The translations under genes and the position numbers were made by a program. The notes under the pieces were generated by a model. That model made no database searches and was not told the origin of the DNA. It worked only from the letters and a program-made list of their open reading frames with translations. This document shows positions 46,106 to 55,895 of a stretch of 64,000 nt of DNA, in pieces. Source of the DNA: Chitinophagaceae bacterium (GTDB lineage Bacteria > Bacteroidota > Bacteroidia > Chitinophagales > Chitinophagaceae); assembly GCA_031413755.1 (NCBI GenBank), contig JANOFR010000109.1, positions 1,018 through 65,017 of the forward strand, written 5' to 3'. The number at the start of each line of letters is the position of its first letter. Position 1 is the first letter of the stretch.

Positions 46106-47671
46106 CTAAAATTTAAATCCAACTGTTGCTACAATATTTCCGCGCTGTTGTTTAAGTGTAGCATAAGTATTTGCCCGGTCCTCTAAACGGTATGGAAAAT
46201 TAACATCTTTGCTCAAAGCATGAACATAGGTAAGATCAACAAAAAAACCTTTATTGCGGTAACCCAATCCACCACTCAATAACATTCGGTTGGCCTTGTA
46301 ACCTGCATCTTTATAAGGATTGCCATACCAGGCAAAACCTAACCTGGCCATAAAAATATTAAACTTCACCTCACCGCCCAGCCTGAAATTAAAATTACCT
46401 TTATAATCGGTTTTAACAACATTGTTTAAAGCTTTATAATAAATTTTTTCTTCTTCGGTTACCGTTTCATTATCACTGCTGAACCTGGAACCTTTATGAT
46501 GTACATATTCAATGTCGGCACTTATAAACCCCTTTTGTTTTTTTACATTATCAACTTCCCTGAAAACGTACGAGGCACTTAAAATAGCTTTTAATGGAGT
46601 AGTCTGTATATATTCTGCCACTCCGGGCTGGTTATCGGTAAATGATTGTGAAGAAGTGGTGAAACCGGCAACCGGATTTTCCAGTTTAGTGCTTATATAG
46701 GTAGTGCGTTCATCTTTCAAGCTCATATAAGTAGGCGTATGAATGGCCAAGCCAATCCTGATATAATCCTGTGGCCTGTATATAACTCCGATCTTTAAAT
46801 TAAAACCAACACCTTTGGTTGTAAAATCATCCCGATATTCAAAACTATTAAAATAATTAGCTGTATTAGCGGAAGTATCCGATTCTTTAAAAACTGTATT
46901 GCTGGTATACCTTACCAGGGGAACACCAATGGTAGCACCCCAATACCATTTATCGTTGCTGTTATGCGCAAAAGCAATGGCAAATTCTGTTATGCCACCT
47001 TTGGTTGTTTTTAACATTTCCTGTCGTAACGCCTGACCAGCATCCAATATATATTCAGGAGCTCCCTTAACCTGAAGTTGACCATTTACAGAAACGGTAT
47101 CAATTAAATAAGTGTACAGTGCAGGAGCAGCGCCATAAGGCAGTGGCGAATTGCTGGTTAAAACATCATCAATGGTATATCCGTATTTAGTATTAGCTTT
47201 TGCAAATTCCTCTGCAAACTGTTCGCTGAAAGAACTGAAATTATTTAAACCTGTATACTGGATCTGGTTATTAAAATTTGCAGTTTGTGTAATAGCTATA
47301 CTGAGGGCATTACTTTTTTGAGGGTTACGTTGATTGGCGGATCCAAAAACCCAGCCACTGGTTCCAAACCCAAAACTGTTTTTTTTGGTTTTAAAATCTG
47401 TTTCCCTGAAACTGGCCTTATTATTATTTAAAAAGAAAGCTGGCGTCAAAACAAATTCACTGGTCTTGTAAAAACCAAGCCCGGCCGGGTTTACAAAAGT
47501 TGCATTAATATCACCACCCAACGAACCCATTACACCACCAATGGCCATATTACGGGCTGTACCGCTTTGAGGATAAAAAGAATAGCGAATGGCATCTTCA
47601 GGAATCTGTGCCTGGATAATGCTACTGAATAATAAGAATAGAAAGAGTAAATATTTATTCATAGTATACAA
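46106..47671 (-). CDS. FadL/TodX-like outer-membrane beta-barrel protein
   Basis: About 520-aa ORF with a signal peptide and an N-terminal motif typical of the FadL family (ARNMAIGGVMGSLGGDINATFVNPAGLGF). It ends in an aromatic residue. Confidence 0.55.
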   Translation of the reverse strand: MYTMNKYLLFLFLLFSSIIQAQIPEDAIRYSFYPQSGTARNMAIGGVMGSLGGDINATFVNPAGLGFYKTSEFVLTPAFFLNNNKASFRETDFKTKKNSFGFGTSGWVFGSANQRNPQKSNALSIAITQTANFNNQIQYTGLNNFSSFSEQFAEEFAKANTKYGYTIDDVLTSNSPLPYGAAPALYTYLIDTVSVNGQLQVKGAPEYILDAGQALRQEMLKTTKGGITEFAIAFAHNSNDKWYWGATIGVPLVRYTSNTVFKESDTSANTANYFNSFEYRDDFTTKGVGFNLKIGVIYRPQDYIRIGLAIHTPTYMSLKDERTTYISTKLENPVAGFTTSSQSFTDNQPGVAEYIQTTPLKAILSASYVFREVDNVKKQKGFISADIEYVHHKGSRFSSDNETVTEEEKIYYKALNNVVKTDYKGNFNFRLGGEVKFNIFMARLGFAWYGNPYKDAGYKANRMLLSGGLGYRNKGFFVDLTYVHALSKDVNFPYRLEDRANTYATLKQQRGNIVATVGFKF

Positions 47672-47782
47672 ATTTTACTGCCCGGTAATCTTAATAGAAA
47701 ATTATTTATTTGATATATTGATATAACGGGCTGTTTTTCAAATATCCTTAAACCGTTGCTGGCGGTATCATAAAAAGGGTTT

Positions 47783-48448
47783 TTATCCTCCCCGGCCCGG
47801 CCTGCTAACTGATGTTCCCGAACTTCTGCCGCCCGATGAGGGACTACTGCTATTTGAAGAAGGGGTATAAGATCTTGTATTGTTATTATTAGAATTGTTA
47901 TTGTTGTTATTAGAAGATGAATTATTACCTGGTGCAATTGCCTGCCTGATCGCATTACCAATAGTGCTTCTGTTATTATTGTTGTTATATCTTGATGAAG
48001 GATTTATATTATTGTTTGTACCCGTTGTTTTAATTGAAGCAATATTGCTGTTATATCCTTTATAAGCATTCAGGTTAACCATCCGAACCGCCGTATTATT
48101 GGGTTGAGCATAAATGACCTTTCCTGCATAAATGGCCCAGGGATAATAATAAGGGTTGTAATAGTAGCCATAATTATAGGTATTACAGGTGGCATAATTA
48201 TAAGGGCTGTTACGGAAATCATAATCATCAGAATAATTCCTCCAGCGGCGGTCACGTACACCCATTCTGATACCATAATCAGCCGATGGTTCATATCTTT
48301 CCTGATCGCGGTAATTATCGGGTTGTTCCTCCACTATTTTTACCGGTGAATAATAAACGTCATCAGGAGTTTGCCCACTTTTATATATAGTGCTGCAACT
48401 GCTGAAAACAGCTACAGATAAAGCCAGGAGTAAAAAATTTGTTTTCAT
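47783..48448 (-). CDS. lipoprotein with Tyr/Asn-rich and poly-Asn/Ser low-complexity regions
   Basis: 221-aa ORF with the lipobox VFSSC. The tail contains NNSSSNNNNNNSNNNN and ends in SSPSSGGRSSG. Confidence 0.6.
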   Translation of the reverse strand: MKTNFLLLALSVAVFSSCSTIYKSGQTPDDVYYSPVKIVEEQPDNYRDQERYEPSADYGIRMGVRDRRWRNYSDDYDFRNSPYNYATCNTYNYGYYYNPYYYPWAIYAGKVIYAQPNNTAVRMVNLNAYKGYNSNIASIKTTGTNNNINPSSRYNNNNNRSTIGNAIRQAIAPGNNSSSNNNNNNSNNNNTRSYTPSSNSSSPSSGGRSSGTSVSRPGRGG

Positions 48449-48484
48449 GATAAATAGTTTAAAGCGATTTAAAAATGAAGTTAC

Positions 48485-48492
48485 TACTTTTG
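48485..48492 (+). promoter_or_regulatory. candidate -7 box (TACTTTTG) giving a proS leader of about 240 nt
   Basis: Matches TAnnTTTG. No other match lies closer to proS. Confidence 0.3.
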
Positions 48493-48646
48493 TGCAGTTT
48501 TGGAGTACTTTGTACTGTACTACGTCAGCTTTATTATGGCCTGGTAGAATAACTGCACGATGCCTTTATTATCAGACATTAAAGTTAATGTGTTCGTTGT
48601 TAAAGCAGTGCTAAAAGAAAACCTGTTTTTTCACCTTCTCCTGAGT

Positions 48647-48715
48647 ATGAAAAAGCAACCTGGTCTTACGCCCCCGTTTGACCATAAATAAAAACAATAA
48701 ATGGTCAGACGGGGG
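48647..48715 (+). promoter_or_regulatory. proS leader: 14-codon Pro-Pro mini-ORF overlapping a 15-bp hairpin
   Basis: The mini-ORF at 48647-48691 encodes [14 protein letters not shown]. The stem pairs 48671-48685 with 48701-48715 (one G-U pair) around a 15-nt A-rich loop. The CCC-CCG codons form the base of the 5' arm. Confidence 0.3.
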
Positions 48716-48737
48716 TGTCAGATCCTATAAAAAAGAA

Positions 48738-50213
48738 ATGAGTAAAGAACTAACATCAAGAGCAGAAGATTATTCCCAATGGTACAACGACCTGGTTATT
48801 AAAGGCGGATTGGCAGATTATTCAGCAGTACGGGGCTGTATGGTTATAAAGCCATATGGATTTGCGCTTTGGGAAAACATGAGGGACCAGTTGGATAAAA
48901 TGTTTAAAGAAACGGGGCATTTGAATGCCTACTTTCCGCTTTTCATTCCAAAAAGTTTTTTAAGTAAAGAAGCGGCACACGTGGAAGGTTTTGCCAAAGA
49001 ATGTGCGGTAGTAACGCATTACCGTTTAATGAACGACCCAAATGGAAAAGGGATCGTTGTTGACCCCGATGCAAAATTGGAAGAAGAACTCATCATTCGC
49101 CCTACATCGGAAACGATCATATGGAATACTTATAAGGACTGGATCCAGTCATACAGGGATCTGCCTTTATTAATAAACCAATGGGCAAATGTTGTACGCT
49201 GGGAAATGCGTACCCGTTTATTTTTACGCACTACCGAATTTCTCTGGCAGGAAGGGCATACTGCACATGCAACAAAGCAGGAAGCTGTAGAAGAAACAGA
49301 ACGCATGCTGAATGTGTATGCCGAATTTGTGGAAACATATATGGCCGTACCTGTTATTAAAGGTGTTAAAACGGCCAGTGAGCGTTTTGCAGGAGCAGAA
49401 GAAACGTATTGTATTGAAGCATTAATGCAGGATGGCAAGGCATTACAGGCTGGCACTTCCCACTTCCTTGGGCAAAATTTTGCCAAAGCATTTGATGTTC
49501 AGTTTTTAACTAAGGATAATAAGCAGGAATATGTTTGGGCAACCTCATGGGGTGTATCCACAAGGCTGATCGGAGCATTAATTATGGCACATAGTGATGA
49601 CCAGGGCCTGATACTTCCTCCAAAAATAGCACCCTTCCAGGTGGTCATCATTCCAATTTATAAAGGAGAAGAAAGCAAGGCCGCAATAGATGCAAAATCA
49701 AATGAAATAATTACATCATTAAAAACTTTGGGCATCAGGGTTAAGTATGACAATAGTGATAACAGCCGCCCCGGCTGGAAATTTGCACAGTACGAATTGC
49801 AGGGTATACCGGTGCGCATTGCCTTGGGTTTACGTGATATGGAAAACAAAGTGGTGGAAGTGGCACGACGTGATACCAAAGAAAAAAACAGTATGCCTAT
49901 GGACGGGCTTGAAGAAAATATCGTAAAACTGCTGGATGAAATTCAGCAGAATATGTATAATAAAGCACTTGATTTCAGAAATGAAAAAACAACCAATGCA
50001 GATAATTGGGATGATTTTGTTAAACTTTTGGATGGTAAAGGTGGATTTATTGAGGCCCATTGGGATGGAACTGCCGAAACAGAAGAGAAAATTAAAGATC
50101 AAACCAAGGCAACCATCCGTTGTATTCCCATGAACAATAAACCCGAAGCCGGTGCCTGTATCTTAAGCGGTAAGCCAAGTACGCAAAGGGTGTTGTTTGC
50201 AAGGGCGTATTAA
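48738..50213 (+). CDS. proS: proline--tRNA ligase (archaeal/eukaryote-like type)
   Basis: The start at ATG 48738 gives a product of about 491 aa beginning [20 protein letters not shown], typical of this ProRS class. Class II motifs are present ([16 protein letters not shown]). Confidence 0.95.
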   Translation: MSKELTSRAEDYSQWYNDLVIKGGLADYSAVRGCMVIKPYGFALWENMRDQLDKMFKETGHLNAYFPLFIPKSFLSKEAAHVEGFAKECAVVTHYRLMNDPNGKGIVVDPDAKLEEELIIRPTSETIIWNTYKDWIQSYRDLPLLINQWANVVRWEMRTRLFLRTTEFLWQEGHTAHATKQEAVEETERMLNVYAEFVETYMAVPVIKGVKTASERFAGAEETYCIEALMQDGKALQAGTSHFLGQNFAKAFDVQFLTKDNKQEYVWATSWGVSTRLIGALIMAHSDDQGLILPPKIAPFQVVIIPIYKGEESKAAIDAKSNEIITSLKTLGIRVKYDNSDNSRPGWKFAQYELQGIPVRIALGLRDMENKVVEVARRDTKEKNSMPMDGLEENIVKLLDEIQQNMYNKALDFRNEKTTNADNWDDFVKLLDGKGGFIEAHWDGTAETEEKIKDQTKATIRCIPMNNKPEAGACILSGKPSTQRVLFARAY

Positions 50214-50307
50214 TTTACCGGGGATATGGAGCTGGGAATACGGTAATAACTTTTGTTATAAAAGCATCAATAATAAAATCTGATGTTACATTGAAAAGGA
50301 TAGATTC

Positions 50308-50619
50308 ATGCAGTTTTTCTTATTAAATATTATTAAATGGCTGGAGGCTCATCAACTGCCCTGCCTGTTTAAGGCAATAACCCATATAGATTGCCCGGGC
50401 TGTGGTATACAAAGAAGTCTTTTATTATTGATACGTGGGGATATACCGGGTAGTTTTAAAATTTATCCGGCATTAATACCAATCATCCTGCTTATTGCTT
50501 TTTTAATTTTACATGTAATAAAAAATATAAAGGGGGGAACTGTAATTCTTAAATATTCTTATCTATTTTGTGCCGGAACTATCCTGCTGGGTTATATTTA
50601 CAAATTGTTAATTATATAA
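50308..50619 (+). CDS. DUF2752 domain membrane protein
   Basis: 103-aa ORF with the characteristic CPGCGIQRS motif followed by TM helices. Confidence 0.75.
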   Translation: MQFFLLNIIKWLEAHQLPCLFKAITHIDCPGCGIQRSLLLLIRGDIPGSFKIYPALIPIILLIAFLILHVIKNIKGGTVILKYSYLFCAGTILLGYIYKLLII

Positions 50620-50632
50620 ACTGAATAAACAA

Positions 50633-50950
50633 ATGAATGATCAAAACAGAGACTATTTAAGCAATTCCAATGTTAATTCCGGTCAGTTACCTAATGCAAC
50701 GGCCACATTAGTACTTGGAATTTTATCCATTGTTGTTTGTTTCATATGCGGCATCATTGCTTTGGTAATTTCTAATAAAGATGTGGCTTTGTATAGAAAT
50801 AATCCGGAACTATATTCACCGGCTTCGTACAATAATATTAAAGCCGGCCGTATTTGTGCAATTATAGGTATTGCATTACAGTTAATTGCGGTAATTTTTT
50901 ATATTTTAATAATTGCTTTTGCCGTATCGCATAGTTTTGATATGCGGTAA
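50633..50950 (+). CDS. small CCC-motif / DUF4190-like membrane protein
   Basis: 105-aa ORF with two TM helices (LVLGILSIVVCFICGIIALVI ... ICAIIGIALQLIAVIF). Confidence 0.65.
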   Translation: MNDQNRDYLSNSNVNSGQLPNATATLVLGILSIVVCFICGIIALVISNKDVALYRNNPELYSPASYNNIKAGRICAIIGIALQLIAVIFYILIIAFAVSHSFDMR

Positions 50951-50957
50951 TACATTT

Positions 50958-51743
50958 TTATTCCTTTGTTGCCAGGTAATTATAATCTTCTAATAGTTTA
51001 TTTAAAAACTGATCTACATACATATCAGAATTTATCTTAAGCACCTCTTTTATTTTCAGGGCAATACGATGGCACATATCATAGTTGTTTGTTTTGCCAG
51101 CCTGTGTTAAAACTGATTTTATGGTATTTATATCCCGGTCGCTTAGCCTCATTACTTCAGGGAACATCACTTTATAATCTGTTTTATTGATCTCCATAAA
51201 AACGGTATCGGCAACAGTTAATGCTGATTTTGTATTTACCACAACGGTACCGGCTGCAATATCTCCCAGCCGCTGGCTTCGTGGAGAAACTGATATGATG
51301 ATTACAACCGCAATGCCTAAAAGGCCGGTAACAAAAGTGTAACCGATGAGGCTGGAACCGGTAAAAGCAATATAGCCAAAAAGAAAAGGCCATTCAAAAA
51401 ATTTGGTGATCCACCGCAGGATATACTGGCCAAAAGTAGGTTCACCACCTTCGAGGCTTATAACCCGTATTGCCATGATCTTTTTACCCAGGGTTTGCCC
51501 ATTCATCCATAACTCAGTAAGTAAGGAGTACAAAAGCATGGGTAAAGAAATAACCAGAATATCTATCCCCACATTTTCTTCAAATTCCATTAAAAACCCG
51601 GCGTACAGAAGATATTTCATGCTGAAAAGATATATGATCAGCAACAGAAAGTCTATTAGATAAGCCAGCAGCCGTTTATGAAATTCGGCGATCTCAAATT
51701 CCAGGTCAATATTAAAAGCTGTAGCTATTTGTATTATGGCCAT
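50958..51743 (-). CDS. RDD-family membrane protein
   Basis: 261-aa ORF with an RDD-type N-terminal TM domain (RLLAYLIDFLLL ... GQTLGKKIMAIRV). It is divergent from the MoxR operon. Confidence 0.78.
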   Translation of the reverse strand: MAIIQIATAFNIDLEFEIAEFHKRLLAYLIDFLLLIIYLFSMKYLLYAGFLMEFEENVGIDILVISLPMLLYSLLTELWMNGQTLGKKIMAIRVISLEGGEPTFGQYILRWITKFFEWPFLFGYIAFTGSSLIGYTFVTGLLGIAVVIIISVSPRSQRLGDIAAGTVVVNTKSALTVADTVFMEINKTDYKVMFPEVMRLSDRDINTIKSVLTQAGKTNNYDMCHRIALKIKEVLKINSDMYVDQFLNKLLEDYNYLATKE

Positions 51744-51852
51744 GATAACTGCAATTTACTAATTGACAGCAACAGATGCATATAAACCTGTTTTTTTAAT
51801 AATAAATAAACAGGGAATTTGCAGGCTTATTAAAAACAAGTAATTTTCCATA

Positions 51853-52875
51853 ATGAGGGAGGCCATGTTTATTAAAAAAAATGCTGACAAATGGAAGGAG
51901 TATCAGCATGCACCAACAGATAATCCGGATGAGACTGCAGAACGCTTTGTCAGTTTGATCGATGACCTCTCTTATGCCAAAACTTTTTATCCAAAAAGTA
52001 AAGCTACCCGCTGGATAAATGGTATTGCTGCAGGAATTTATCAAAGTATTTATAAAAATAAAAAAGAAAAGTACAGCCGTATATTTCAGTTCTGGAAATT
52101 TGAATTGCCCCTGCTTTTTAAAAGATACCAGCGCATTTTTTTATTTACCACCGGTTTATTCATTCTTTTTGTTTCTATTGGTGTTTTTTCATCAATGCAT
52201 GATGAGCAGTTTGTAAGGGGGATTTTAGGCGATGATTATGTAGATATGACTGAAGAGAATATAGCCAGGGGAGATCCCTTTGGTGTTTATAAGGACGGAA
52301 ACCCGTTTTCAATGTTCGTAAGGATTGGCTTTAACAATATCAGTGTTGCATTTAAAGCATTTATGGGAGGCTTCACCCTGGGGCTGTTTACTTTTTTTAT
52401 CATGTGGTACAACGGATTGATCCTGGGCGCTTTTCAATTTATTTTCTTTTCAAAAGGCCTGGGTATAAAATCGGTATTGGTTATATGGATACACGGTACT
52501 CTTGAGATATCTGCAATTGTAATAGCGGCTACTGCAGGGTTTATCCTGGCCAGCGGTATCTTATTCCCCGGTACTTATACCAGGATGGTCTCTTTTAAAA
52601 GAGGTGCTAAAGATGCTGCTAAAGTTTTGATATGCCTGATCCCTGTTTTTATTGTTGCTGCCTTTTTTGAAAGCTATGTCACACACTTAATGAGCCAGAC
52701 ATTTGATAAAGCAAATAATCCGGGCTTGCCGGTTTGGGTAAGTATCCTCATCTTATCTGTTTCATTTACATTTATTCTTTGGTATTTTGTAATACTCCCT
52801 ATCCGTTTACACAAACTCGGTTATTATATTCAGCCCGATGGGATCATCAACCGGCTGAAAAAAGAAAATGCATAA
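51853..52875 (+). CDS. SpoIIM-like (DUF95) membrane protein
   Basis: 340-aa ORF. The core TM region (HGTLEISAIVIAATAGFILASG) is typical of the stage II sporulation protein M family. Confidence 0.72.
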   Translation: MREAMFIKKNADKWKEYQHAPTDNPDETAERFVSLIDDLSYAKTFYPKSKATRWINGIAAGIYQSIYKNKKEKYSRIFQFWKFELPLLFKRYQRIFLFTTGLFILFVSIGVFSSMHDEQFVRGILGDDYVDMTEENIARGDPFGVYKDGNPFSMFVRIGFNNISVAFKAFMGGFTLGLFTFFIMWYNGLILGAFQFIFFSKGLGIKSVLVIWIHGTLEISAIVIAATAGFILASGILFPGTYTRMVSFKRGAKDAAKVLICLIPVFIVAAFFESYVTHLMSQTFDKANNPGLPVWVSILILSVSFTFILWYFVILPIRLHKLGYYIQPDGIINRLKKENA

Positions 52876-53701
52876 ATTCATTCACATATCATTTTTGTTG
52901 TTGTTGTTTTTGTCTTCTGCCGGGGCGCAGGATAAAAAATATGTTTACCGTGATTCTTTGCTGATTGAGGATGCACAACAGGTTGAAGCACCTGATGAAT
53001 ATAAAAGCATAGAAATAGTGCCTTTGGAAGATCAACCCGGTGAAAATAATGTATACGGTAATGAACCTGCTGATACCATACTTTATGTACATAAGCTGAG
53101 TACCCCAGTTGATTCAGTTGCTTATTGGAAAAATATGAAGGCATTTGAATATGTAAAAAACCTGGACAGCCTTTTAATGGAAATGAAAAATAATGAATTA
53201 ATGAAAAATAAAGTTGATACCCGACCGGGTTTAGCTGACCGTTTTTTTTCTTCGGATATTCTGAAAATAACTTTATGGGCCCTCGCTGTGTTTTTTATAC
53301 TGTTCATTATATACCGGTTGTTTTTAACAGAAGGGGTATTTAAAAAAGAATCCATATCTGCAAAAACGGAGTTACCTGAAATTGATGAAGCATTCATTTC
53401 AGGCGAGACTGATTTTGATTCACTGATAAACCAGGCAATACAAAACAATAATTACCGTCAGGCTGTTCGTTTCCAGTACCTGAAAATATTGCACAGGCTG
53501 GCAGATAGAAATTTTATTGAACTGGCACCGGGTAAAACCAATTATCAGTATGTACGGGAAATCAGCAATACTGATTTTCAAAATGACTTTGCATCGCTTA
53601 CATTAAGTTATGAGTATGTATGGTACGGGGAGTTTAATATTGATCAATACAACTATCAAAAATTAGAAAGAAATTTTACAGGGTTTAACCAAAAAGTATA
53701 A
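52868..53701 (+). CDS. DUF4129 domain protein
   Basis: 277-aa ORF overlapping the upstream gene by 8 nt. The C-terminal block (YRQAVRFQYLKILHRLADRNFIELAPGKTNYQYVREI) fits DUF4129. Confidence 0.68.
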   Translation: MHKFIHISFLLLLFLSSAGAQDKKYVYRDSLLIEDAQQVEAPDEYKSIEIVPLEDQPGENNVYGNEPADTILYVHKLSTPVDSVAYWKNMKAFEYVKNLDSLLMEMKNNELMKNKVDTRPGLADRFFSSDILKITLWALAVFFILFIIYRLFLTEGVFKKESISAKTELPEIDEAFISGETDFDSLINQAIQNNNYRQAVRFQYLKILHRLADRNFIELAPGKTNYQYVREISNTDFQNDFASLTLSYEYVWYGEFNIDQYNYQKLERNFTGFNQKV

Positions 53702-53709
53702 TTCAGTTA

Positions 53710-54918
53710 TTGAAATATCATTTTATATACCTTCTTTTATTGATCATGCTTGCCGGGCTGCTGGCGGGCTGTTTTAACAATGCCGGTAAAATTCCTTCCT
53801 TGCGGGAATCTTTCTCAAAAAAAGATAAAAACCCGTTTGGAACTTATATCGCTTATCAACAACTGAAAACTTTGTTTAGCAGCAATACCATCATTGATAA
53901 AAAAGAATCATTTACAAAAACCCGGGGAAAGATTACCGATACGTCATCCCTTTATATTTGTATTGCACCTGCTTTATTTTTAAATCAGGCTGAAGTTGAT
54001 AACATGATGGATTATGTGGCCAAAGGGAATGACCTGTTTATTTCGGCTGCCTATATGAATGAATTTTTGCTTAAAAAAATACGGTGTAATCAATTTTCTT
54101 ACAGCGTGCCTGCAACGGATATTTTTGACTTCATGAAAAATACGGTTACAAAACCAGCGGCAGAACCGGCATCTGCTTATTCCTATTATTATCTTCCATT
54201 CCGGAATTATTTTTTTGATATTGACAGCACCAACACAAGGGTTCTGGGTTTTAATGAAAATGAAAAGCCAAACGCTATCGTTCATTTTTATGGGAAAGGT
54301 AAATTGTTTTTACACTGCGATCCACGTGCTTTCAGTAATTATTTCCTGCTTAAGGATGACAATTACAGATACCTGCAGGATGCACTGGCTTATACACAAA
54401 GTACCCCGGATCATTTATACTGGGATGACTATTACCATAAGATCAGGTCGGGGAAAAATAAAAACAGTGAAAATTTTTCCTCTATTGGTGAGATCATGAA
54501 GCATCCTGCTTTGGTTTATGCATTTTGGCTTTCACTTTTATTGCTTTTACTGTATATACTCTTTGGTGCCAAACGTATTCAGCGTATTATTGAGCAGCTT
54601 AAGCCCAACGAAAATACTACGGTTACTTTTACAGAGACCATTGGCCGTTTATACCTTCAGAAAAAAGACAACAAAAATATTTCGGATAAGATGATTACAT
54701 ACTTTAATGAGTACATTCGCAACAGATATTTTTTAAATACCAATCTTATCAACGAAGATTTTATAACTGTATTAAGCCGCAAGAGTAATGTGAACAGGGA
54801 TCATGTAGACTCCCTGTACCGCACTATAGCTGATGCACAAAACAGTAATAATATGGACGATTATCAATTGCTTTCTTTAAACGAACAAATACAACAATTT
54901 CATAAAACCCGAAACTGA
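53710..54918 (+). CDS. DUF4350-like protein (N-terminal lipoprotein-like signal, C-terminal TM)
   Basis: 402-aa ORF. The family call rests mainly on its position in the conserved DUF4129-DUF4350-MoxR-DUF58 order. The start may be TTG 53710 or a nearby ATG. Confidence 0.55.
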   Translation: MKYHFIYLLLLIMLAGLLAGCFNNAGKIPSLRESFSKKDKNPFGTYIAYQQLKTLFSSNTIIDKKESFTKTRGKITDTSSLYICIAPALFLNQAEVDNMMDYVAKGNDLFISAAYMNEFLLKKIRCNQFSYSVPATDIFDFMKNTVTKPAAEPASAYSYYYLPFRNYFFDIDSTNTRVLGFNENEKPNAIVHFYGKGKLFLHCDPRAFSNYFLLKDDNYRYLQDALAYTQSTPDHLYWDDYYHKIRSGKNKNSENFSSIGEIMKHPALVYAFWLSLLLLLLYILFGAKRIQRIIEQLKPNENTTVTFTETIGRLYLQKKDNKNISDKMITYFNEYIRNRYFLNTNLINEDFITVLSRKSNVNRDHVDSLYRTIADAQNSNNMDDYQLLSLNEQIQQFHKTRN

Positions 54919-55895
54919 TGGAAGAAAATATATTTCAACAACGTATTGACCTCTCCGGACTGAACAAATCTGTTCAGGAGATTAGAAATGAAATTGGCCG
55001 GGTGATCATTGGTCAGCATAAAATGGTTGACCTGCTGCTTATTGGGCTATTATGTGATGGTCATATTTTGATTGAAGGAGTACCCGGTGTAGCAAAAACA
55101 TTAACGGCAAAATTGATAGCAAAAATTATTGATGTTGATTTTTCCCGTCTGCAGTTTACACCCGACCTGATGCCAAGTGATGTGGTTGGTACTTCAGTTT
55201 TTAATCCAAAGGAAGGGGATTTTAAATTTAAGTCAGGCCCTGTATTCAGTAATATCGTTTTAATAGATGAAATAAACAGGGCCCCGGCAAAAACACAGGC
55301 AGCCTTGTTTGAGGTAATGGAAGAGCGGCAGGTAACCATTGACGGGCACACCCATTATATGCAATTCCCATTTATTGTGCTGGCTACTCAAAACCCGATT
55401 GAGCAGGAAGGTACCTATCGTTTACCCGAAGCCCAACTTGACCGTTTTCTTTTTAAAATAGAAGTAAATTATCCTTCGCTGGATGAAGAGATCACTATCT
55501 TAAACAGCCAGCAGGGTAAAACACAATCACAGATGATTGATGGCGTAAGAAAAATATTATTGCCGGTAGATATTCAGCATTTCAGAAACCAGGTTCAGTC
55601 AATAATTATTGAACCAAAACTTGTTGAGTTTATTGCAAAGATTGTGCAGGAGACCAGGAATAACCCGGCTTTGTATTTAGGTGCATCTCCCAGGGCCTCG
55701 CTGGCCATACTTCGTTCTGCAAAAGCTAATGCGGCCATCAAGGGCAGGGATTTTGTTACGCCGGAGGATATTATAGAGATGGCTCCGCATGTATTGAGGC
55801 ACCGGATCATTTTAACACCCGAAAAAGAAATGGAAGGATTAACTGCTGATGACCTGATTGATAATATTGTAAAAGCAGTTGAAGTGCCCCGGTAA
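54918..55895 (+). CDS. MoxR-family AAA+ ATPase
   Basis: 325-aa ORF with Walker A (GVPGVAKT), Walker B (VLIDEINRA) and the typical MoxR C-terminus. Its start overlaps the upstream stop (TGATG). Confidence 0.95.
   Translation: MEENIFQQRIDLSGLNKSVQEIRNEIGRVIIGQHKMVDLLLIGLLCDGHILIEGVPGVAKTLTAKLIAKIIDVDFSRLQFTPDLMPSDVVGTSVFNPKEGDFKFKSGPVFSNIVLIDEINRAPAKTQAALFEVMEERQVTIDGHTHYMQFPFIVLATQNPIEQEGTYRLPEAQLDRFLFKIEVNYPSLDEEITILNSQQGKTQSQMIDGVRKILLPVDIQHFRNQVQSIIIEPKLVEFIAKIVQETRNNPALYLGASPRASLAILRSAKANAAIKGRDFVTPEDIIEMAPHVLRHRIILTPEKEMEGLTADDLIDNIVKAVEVPR

Noticed and set aside
47880-48065. A 61-aa poly-Leu ORF on the plus strand.
   Set aside because: It is the antisense reading of the Asn/Ser-rich tract of the lipoprotein gene, so it is an artefact of the triplet repeats.
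48678-48737. The track's N-terminal extension of proS from TTG 48678 ([20 protein letters not shown]).
   Set aside because: The extension runs through the loop and 3' arm of the leader hairpin. ATG 48738 gives the canonical ProRS N-terminus and length.
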